From: an uncultured Gemmatimonadales bacterium
Lineage (GTDB): Bacteria; Gemmatimonadota; Gemmatimonadetes; Longimicrobiales; Gaopeijiaceae
Length of the DNA: 64,000 nt
Assembly: GCA_963809895.1 (NCBI GenBank)
Contig: CAWELD010000003.1
Location: 416,001 to 480,000 of the forward strand
Direction: 5' to 3'
Shown here one piece after another: positions 58,058 through 64,000 of the stretch. Each line of letters begins with the position of its first letter. The stretch's first letter is position 1. A program made the position numbers and the translations under genes. The notes below the pieces were generated by a model, which saw nothing but the letters and a program-made list of their open reading frames with translations, was not told where the DNA came from and searched no databases.

Positions 58058-59590
58058 ATGCTGGCTCGCATCCCCACCGCTGCGCTGCAAGGCGTCGACG
58101 CCCTCGCTGTCTGGACCGAGGTGAGCCTCACCTCGGGCCTGCCCGCGTTCACCGTCGTGGGCCTTCCCGAGGGCGCGGTCAGGGAAGGTCGTGAGCGGGT
58201 CATGGCCGCGCTCCGCCACTCGGGCGTGCCCCTCCCGCCCAAGCGCATCACCGTGAACCTGGCACCCGCCGACGTGCGCAAGGAGGGGAGCGCCTTCGAC
58301 CTGCCCATCGCCGTGGGGTTGATGGCGGGCTGTGGCCAGATACCGGCGGAGTCGCTGGAGGGGTTGGCGTTTCTGGGCGAGTTGGGCCTGGACGGGACGC
58401 TTCGACCGGTGCGGGGCATCCTGCCGCTGGCTCTGGAGTGTCGCCGGGCGGGCGCGCGAGGGGTGGTGGTGCCGCCGGGCAACGCCGCGGAGGCCGCGGT
58501 GGTCGGGCGGCTACGGGTGCTGCCCGCCCCGAACCTCATCGCCCTGCGCGCGCACCTGACAGGCGAGACACCGCTGAGCGAGGTGGCGCTGGACGACGCC
58601 ACGGTCGACCTGGAGAGCGCGGCGGGCGGACCCGACCTGCGCGACGTCCGGGGGCAGGCGGCGGTGAAGCGGGCGCTGGAAGTGGCGGCGGCGGGAGGCC
58701 ATAACCTCCTCATGATCGGCGCTCCGGGCTCGGGCAAGACCATGCTGGCCCGACGACTCCCGGGCATCCTTCCGCCCCTGACACTGGAGGAAGCGTTGGA
58801 GGTGACGCGGGTGCACTCGGTGGCGGGGGGATTGCCACCCGGTGAGGCGCTGGTGCGCCGCCGGCCGTTTCGGGCTCCTCACCACACGGTCAGCGACGCA
58901 GGGCTGGTGGGAGGCGGCTCGCCGCCCCGGCCCGGCGAGGTCAGCCTGGCCCATCGCGGGGTGCTCTTCCTCGACGAGCTCCCGGAGTTCCGGCGCAACG
59001 TGCTGGAGGTGCTCCGCCAGCCGCTGGAGGACGGTCACGTCACCCTGGCCCGGGCGCGGGCGAGCCTTCGCTTTCCAGCGCGCGTGGTGCTGGTGGCGGC
59101 CATGAACCCGTGCCCCTGCGGACATCGCGGAGACGGAACGGATGCCTGCACCTGCGACCCGGGCATGGTCGCTCGCTACCGGGGGCGCATCTCCGGACCG
59201 CTCCTGGACCGCATCGACCTGCACGTGGCCGTGCAACCGGTGCCCATGGAGGCACTGCGGGGCGAGCCTCGCGGCGAGCCCAGCTCGGCGGTGCGCGCAC
59301 GGGTGGTCGCCGCACGCCGACGCCAGCACCGTCGCCTTCGCGACGAGAACATCCACTGCAACGCCGAGATGCAGCACACCCACCTGCGCCGTCACGTACG
59401 GGTGCGGCGCCAGGTGGCGCACCTGCTGCAGCAGGCCATGGACCGGCTCGGACTCTCCGCGCGGGCCTACCACCGCACCCTCAAGGTGGCGCGCACCATC
59501 GCCGACCTCGACGGCGCCCCGCAGGTGGCCGAGCGGCACGCCGCCGAGGCCATCCAGTACCGGTCGCTGGACCGGGAGGTGCGGGTGTAG
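58058..59590 (+). CDS. comM: YifB/ComM Mg-chelatase-like AAA ATPase
   Basis: NLAPADVRKEG.AFDLPIA, GAPGSGKTMLA, PFRAPHHT, FLDELPEF, MNPCPCG. Confidence 0.95.
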   Translation: MLARIPTAALQGVDALAVWTEVSLTSGLPAFTVVGLPEGAVREGRERVMAALRHSGVPLPPKRITVNLAPADVRKEGSAFDLPIAVGLMAGCGQIPAESLEGLAFLGELGLDGTLRPVRGILPLALECRRAGARGVVVPPGNAAEAAVVGRLRVLPAPNLIALRAHLTGETPLSEVALDDATVDLESAAGGPDLRDVRGQAAVKRALEVAAAGGHNLLMIGAPGSGKTMLARRLPGILPPLTLEEALEVTRVHSVAGGLPPGEALVRRRPFRAPHHTVSDAGLVGGGSPPRPGEVSLAHRGVLFLDELPEFRRNVLEVLRQPLEDGHVTLARARASLRFPARVVLVAAMNPCPCGHRGDGTDACTCDPGMVARYRGRISGPLLDRIDLHVAVQPVPMEALRGEPRGEPSSAVRARVVAARRRQHRRLRDENIHCNAEMQHTHLRRHVRVRRQVAHLLQQAMDRLGLSARAYHRTLKVARTIADLDGAPQVAERHAAEAIQYRSLDREVRV

Positions 59591-59635
59591 AGGGAGCGCA
59601 TGAGGCGGCCGCGGTCCGTGTTATCTTCCGTCGCC

Positions 59636-60598
59636 ATGCCTGCCACCCCCTCCGCGCCTGCCGGCGCCTCGCCGGCTTCCAGCCCCTCCACCCTGGCGGT
59701 GGTGGGGGCGTTCGCGGCGGTCTACGTCATCTGGGGGTCCACCTATCTCGCCATCCGCTTCGCCATCGAGTCGATTCCGCCCTTCTCCATGGCGGGCGTA
59801 CGCTTTCTAGTGGCAGGCCTGATCCTCATGGGCTGGGCCCGCGCTCGGGGGGTGCCCGCGCCCACGCGAGCCCAGGTCCGGGACGGCGCGGTGGTGGGCG
59901 GGCTCCTGCTCCTGGGAGGAAACGGAGCGGTGGTGTGGGCCGAGCAGTGGGTACCGTCGGGTCTCGTAGCCCTCCTGGTGGCCACCGTCCCCCTGTGGAT
60001 GGTCCTCCTCGACTGGTTGTGGTCCGACGGCGCCCGGCCGTCGGCGGGCCTCTGGGGCGGCCTGGTCTGGGGTCTCTTCGGGGTCGGGCTGCTCGTGAGT
60101 GGGCGGGAGATGGGGGGCGGTGGGTCGCGAGAGCTCGCCGGAGGCCTGGTGGTCCTGTTCGGGGCGCTGTCGTGGGCCGCCGGCTCCATCTACTCGCGCT
60201 CCGCCCGGGTGCCGCCGGCGCCCCGCATGGCCACGGCCCTCCAGATGCTGTGGGGCGGCGGCATGCTGCTCGCCGTCGGAGGCGTCACCGGGGAATGGCC
60301 GCGGTGGGCCGCCGCGACGCCCTCCACCCGTTCGGTGCTGGCCCTGGCCTATCTGGTCGTGTTCGGGTCGCTGGTGGCCTTCGCCGCCTATATCTGGCTG
60401 CTGACCGTGACGACTCCGGCGCGAGTGTCCACCTACGCGTACGTGAATCCCGTGGTGGCACTGGTCCTGGGCTGGGCGTTGGCGGGAGAGCCACTGACGC
60501 CCCGCACGGGTGTGGCGGCGGCGGTCATCCTCTCGGCGGTGCTGGTCCTGAACGTGGTGGGCGTTCGCCGTCGGCTGGCCCGTGCCGAGCGTGCCTGA
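59636..60598 (+). CDS. EamA/DMT-family transporter (YedA-like)
   Basis: VYVIWGSTYLAIR, PSGLVALL, YLVVFGS, STYAYVNPVVA. Confidence 0.93.
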   Translation: MPATPSAPAGASPASSPSTLAVVGAFAAVYVIWGSTYLAIRFAIESIPPFSMAGVRFLVAGLILMGWARARGVPAPTRAQVRDGAVVGGLLLLGGNGAVVWAEQWVPSGLVALLVATVPLWMVLLDWLWSDGARPSAGLWGGLVWGLFGVGLLVSGREMGGGGSRELAGGLVVLFGALSWAAGSIYSRSARVPPAPRMATALQMLWGGGMLLAVGGVTGEWPRWAAATPSTRSVLALAYLVVFGSLVAFAAYIWLLTVTTPARVSTYAYVNPVVALVLGWALAGEPLTPRTGVAAAVILSAVLVLNVVGVRRRLARAERA

Positions 60599-60651
60599 GA
60601 TTGCGCCTCGGGCAACCGGGTTGGACGGAGGTCGGTCCAATTCGTAGTCTT

Positions 60652-60925
60652 GAAGGGTGTTGAAGAAGTGGGGTGCGGCCGCGCGCAGGGGTCTTACGGA
60701 TGCCAGGGTAGGAAGAGTGGCGAAAGCGATGCTGTAGCATCGGTGAGCCGCTCTGACGACGCCTGGCGCCGTAACCCCCCTGCGCCCGAAGGGTTGGGGC
60801 GGCATGGCCCCATCTTCGTCGTTGGCACGACTCGACGTAGCTTTGGCTATGCCTTCGCCGCGCCGCCTTGAAGCTGGAGCCATGGCGCTCCCAACGCGGC
60901 TCGCCCCATTTCTTCAACACCCTTC
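60652..60925. mobile_element. MITE-like non-coding element with terminal inverted repeats and two internal homologous hairpins
   Basis: TIR GAAGGGTGTTGAAGAAGTGGGG (60652-60673) / CCCCATTTCTTCAACACCCTTC (60904-60925), 21 of 22 match; hairpins 60683-60785 and 60793-60895. Structure is directly visible; mobility is inferred. Confidence 0.7.
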
Positions 60926-60971
60926 TACTCCTGAATCGACGTCGCCCTGGAGCACCCATCGCCGAGAGCGG

Positions 60972-62123
60972 ATGACCGTCTATCTGGACTTCGCAGCCAC
61001 GTCTGCGCTGCGTCCCCCCGAAGTCGCCGAGGCCGTGAGCACCTTCCTGGCCCGATGTGGAGCCACACCGGGCAGGGGCGGGCACGCCCCCGCGGTGGAG
61101 GCGGGGCGGATGGTACTTCGATGCCGCCGCGCGCTCCTGGATGTGCTGGGGCTCGATGGCGGTGACCCGGGGCGGCTGGCGTTCACGCACAACGCCACCC
61201 ACGCGCTCAACACGGCGCTGCGGGGCGTCCTGCGTCCGGGCGACGTCGTGGTGGGGACGGACTTCGATCACAACGCCGTGGTGCGACCCCTGTACGCGCT
61301 CAGGCGGGAGCGTGACCTGGAGGTGCGCGTGGTCCCGGGAGCCACCGACGGATCGCTGGATCTGGCGGCCTTCGACCGTGCCCTCGACGGTGCTCGCCTG
61401 GTGGTCCTGAACGGCGCCTCCAATGTTCTCGGCACCGCCTTGCCGGTGGGCGAGCTGGCCCGCCGAGCTCGGGCGGCGGGCGTGTTGGCGCTGGTGGACA
61501 CCGCGCAGACCGCCGGCCACCTGGTCCAGGACCTGAAGGACGCCGACCTCGTCGCCGTAACCGGCCACAAGGGGCTGCTGGGGCCGCAGGGCACGGGCGC
61601 CCTCTGGGTCCGCCCCGGGGTCGAGGTCGAACCGCTGCTCCGGGGAGGGACGGGTGGTGACTCGATGAACCCCGAGATGCCGGAGGCCATGCCGGATCGC
61701 CTGGAGGCGGGCACGCTCAACGGCCCGGGGATCGCCGGCCTCGAAGCCGGATGCCGCTTCGTGGCGGAGCGGGGCGTGGACACCATCCACGCGCACGTCT
61801 CCGCCCTCAAGGCTCGGCTGCACGAGGGGCTGTCGGCCCTCGCGGGTGTCGACGTGCTGTCGCCCCCGGCGCCCGACGGCCCCGGTATCGTCACCATTCG
61901 CGCCCATTCCATGGATGCGGCGACGCTTTCGCATCGTCTGGAACGGGACTTCGGTGTTCAGGCGAGAGCGGGGCTCCACTGTGCACCGGGTGCTCACCGG
62001 CTCCTGGGCACCGCGTCCACCGGGGCCCTGCGCTTTTCGCTGGGCTGGGCATCGACGGCCGACGATGTGGATCGGGCGCTCGAGGCCGTTACAACGCTGG
62101 CGGCGCCGGTTCGGGCTTCCTGA
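60972..62123 (+). CDS. Class V aminotransferase / cysteine desulfurase-family protein
   Basis: YLDFAATS, NATHALN, DHNAV.RP, SNVLG, DTAQTAG, GHKGLLGPQG, RAGLHCAP. Confidence 0.9.
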   Translation: MTVYLDFAATSALRPPEVAEAVSTFLARCGATPGRGGHAPAVEAGRMVLRCRRALLDVLGLDGGDPGRLAFTHNATHALNTALRGVLRPGDVVVGTDFDHNAVVRPLYALRRERDLEVRVVPGATDGSLDLAAFDRALDGARLVVLNGASNVLGTALPVGELARRARAAGVLALVDTAQTAGHLVQDLKDADLVAVTGHKGLLGPQGTGALWVRPGVEVEPLLRGGTGGDSMNPEMPEAMPDRLEAGTLNGPGIAGLEAGCRFVAERGVDTIHAHVSALKARLHEGLSALAGVDVLSPPAPDGPGIVTIRAHSMDAATLSHRLERDFGVQARAGLHCAPGAHRLLGTASTGALRFSLGWASTADDVDRALEAVTTLAAPVRAS

Positions 62124-62181
62124 TATCCAAGTGACGTGCGCTCCGGGCCGGGGTCCGGAGCGTCGAACGCAGGGACAAGAC

Positions 62182-62748
62182 ATGCGCCTTTTCATCGCTC
62201 TGAATCTTCCCAAGAAGGAGAGGGGCCGGATCCATCGAGCCGCCCGTGCCCTGAGGGAACGGGAGCTCCCCGTGCGTTGGGTGGATCCCGAGCACTTTCA
62301 CGTCACCCTGAAGTTCCTGGGTGAGATCCCCCCCGAACGGCAGTCCCGGGTCGAGGAGGTGATGGAGCGCGTCGGCGGGTCCACCGCCCCCTTCGTGGTG
62401 CGCCTCGGAGGATTCGGGGCGTTTCCCACCATCCGGCGCCCGCGGGTCCTGTGGGCCGGCGTCGAGGCGTCTCCCGAACTGCGTTGTCTCAAGCAGGACC
62501 TGGAGTGGGGCCTGGCCGAGGTGGACTTCCCGCGTGAGACGCGGGCCTTCCATCCGCACCTGACGCTGGGTCGCGCCGGTGAGGAGGGAGGGGCGGGCGC
62601 CTTCAGGGGGTTGGACGATCTGGTGGCGGGGCTCAGCTACGAGGGGAGCGTCAACGTGCGCAGTATCGACCTCATGCGCAGCCATCACTCGCGGACGGGA
62701 CCCCGCTACAGTGTCGTAAGTACAACCAGATTGTCGGGATCGAACTGA
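62182..62748 (+). CDS. thpR: RNA 2',3'-cyclic phosphodiesterase (2H family)
   Basis: MRLFIAL, HVTLKFLG and FHPHLTLGR HxT motifs. Confidence 0.93.
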   Translation: MRLFIALNLPKKERGRIHRAARALRERELPVRWVDPEHFHVTLKFLGEIPPERQSRVEEVMERVGGSTAPFVVRLGGFGAFPTIRRPRVLWAGVEASPELRCLKQDLEWGLAEVDFPRETRAFHPHLTLGRAGEEGGAGAFRGLDDLVAGLSYEGSVNVRSIDLMRSHHSRTGPRYSVVSTTRLSGSN

Positions 62749-62788
62749 GCCGGTGCCGGAGACGGGGCCGGGCGTGCCGAGGAGTGCC

Positions 62789-63451
62789 ATGCGCGGATGT
62801 GTTGGCGGTTTCCTGAGAACGGTGGGGCTCGTGGTGGCGACCATCGCGTCGGCGTATGCCGGATGGCGCTGGGGAGACAACCTGTTTCCACGCATGGAGC
62901 GTTGGCTGGGAGAGCAGGTGGCGGCATCGGCCAGCGAGACCCCGACGCCGTCTCCGCAGCTGGCCGAGGCCACGCTCGACCGGGTGGAATCGCTGCGCGA
63001 GGGTCGCGGGAGTGACCGGCTGCGGTTGAACGCCGTGGAGTTGTCCAGCGTGCTGCGCTATTCGATTCCCGGCGTGATCCCTCCCGGCGTCGAGAACCCG
63101 GACGTGGACCTGCGCGACGGCAAGGTGTTCCTCCGGGCGCGCGTGGCGTTGAGCGCATTTCCCGACATCCCCCGTCTGGATGAGATCGCCGACCTGCTCC
63201 CCGACACGGTGGACCTGGTCATACGGGGGACCCTGCTACCCTTCGACGACTCGCACGCGGCGCTCCACGTGGAGCGCCTCGAAGCGTCTCGAGTGCCGCT
63301 GCCGGGCCGGATGATTCCCGGAATCCTGGCCGCGTTGGGGCGCCGCGATCGGGAAGGACTCCCGCCCGACGCCCTCGCCGTGCCTCTGCCCAGTGGCCTG
63401 TCGTCGGCGTACGTGGAGGAGAACCAGCTCGTTCTGGTGGCCGATCGATGA
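62789..63451 (+). CDS. Hypothetical membrane-anchored protein
   Basis: GAGGAG RBS, N-terminal TM, ATGA overlap with the next gene. Confidence 0.7.
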   Translation: MRGCVGGFLRTVGLVVATIASAYAGWRWGDNLFPRMERWLGEQVAASASETPTPSPQLAEATLDRVESLREGRGSDRLRLNAVELSSVLRYSIPGVIPPGVENPDVDLRDGKVFLRARVALSAFPDIPRLDEIADLLPDTVDLVIRGTLLPFDDSHAALHVERLEASRVPLPGRMIPGILAALGRRDREGLPPDALAVPLPSGLSSAYVEENQLVLVADR

Positions 63452-64000
63452 CGTCGGCGACGGCGCGTCTGCTCGTGGTGGACGACGAGGCGTCGATTCG
63501 AGACGTCCTGCGTCAGCTCTTCGAGTACGAGGATTACCAGGTCGAGGTGGCCGGTAACGGCGCCGACGCTCTCCGGCGCCTGCAGTCCTTCCAGCCCCAC
63601 GTGACCTTTCTGGACGTGAAGATGCCGGGCATGGACGGGCTCGAGGTGCTGGAGCGCATCCGCGAGGAGGACCCCGGGGCGGTGGTGGTCATGATCAGCG
63701 GCCACGGCACCATCGACACCGCGGTGGAGGCCACCCGCAAGGGCGCCTTCGACTTCCTGGAGAAGCCGTTGGACACGGACCGCCTGCTGGTGACGCTGCG
63801 CAACGCGCTCCAGGTGAAGGGGCTCTCGGAGCGGGTCGAGCGGCTCCGGGGCGAGATCGAGAGCAAGCACGAGATCGTGGGCGCGTCCTTCCAGATCCGG
63901 CAGGTGCTGGAGCGGGTCGAGCGTGTCGCTCCCACCGACGCCCGCGTCCTCATCACCGGAGAGAACGGGACCGGCAAGGAGCTGGTGGCCCGGGCCGTTC
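63448..64000 (+). CDS. Sigma-54-dependent response regulator (NtrC/NtrX-like), partial
   Basis: Manual translation: LLVVDDE...[11 protein letters not shown]...MISGHG...FLEKP...[18 protein letters not shown]; runs off the right edge. Confidence 0.93.
   Translation, partial: MTSATARLLVVDDEASIRDVLRQLFEYEDYQVEVAGNGADALRRLQSFQPHVTFLDVKMPGMDGLEVLERIREEDPGAVVVMISGHGTIDTAVEATRKGAFDFLEKPLDTDRLLVTLRNALQVKGLSERVERLRGEIESKHEIVGASFQIRQVLERVERVAPTDARVLITGENGTGKELVARAV

Noticed and set aside
60652..60925. Integron attC site, CRISPR array or tRNA as an explanation for the structured element
   Set aside because: Core boxes are in GTT...AAC order, opposite to attC (RYYYAAC...GTTRRRY); there is no integrase, no repeat-spacer periodicity and no cloverleaf.
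60804..60971. Upstream extension of the aminotransferase ORF into the element
   Set aside because: Family similarity begins at MTVYLDFAATS (60972); the extension is incidental.

Overview
GC-rich bacterial chromosome segment (about 70% GC by eye), densely coding, about 57 genes. Gene content and order (recR-hypothetical-mglA-pgsA-cinA, PadR plus duplicated orphan permease pairs, rpsF/rpsR-DUF2232-rplI, bshB1) suggest Gemmatimonadota, possibly Longimicrobiales-like; this is inference. Most of the window is housekeeping: smc, aroF, ffs-dnaX-ybaB-recR, grpE-dnaJ, iscS-mnmA, pntAB, comM, thpR and an NtrC-type regulator. The left ~13 kb is accessory: vapBC, an ABC/M1-aminopeptidase/SdpI module, PadR-ADOP and a metzincin lipoprotein. 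Most unusual observations: (1) a 274-bp non-coding element at 60652-60925 with 22-bp terminal inverted repeats around two homologous, covarying 103-nt hairpins, one favoured on each strand; (2) one ORF fusing ribosomal proteins bS6 and a Cys-free bS18 through an acidic linker, preceded by a candidate S6:S18 leader; (3) an SRP RNA whose conserved GNRA tetraloop is replaced by a UCGCC pentaloop; (4) a shared TATA-N11-TATA motif upstream of both padR genes; (5) mglA without an adjacent mglB; (6) an efflux operon with no ATPase and one frameshifted permease. No CRISPR array, tRNA, rRNA or transposase was seen. All calls come from reading motifs by eye; no database searches were run.
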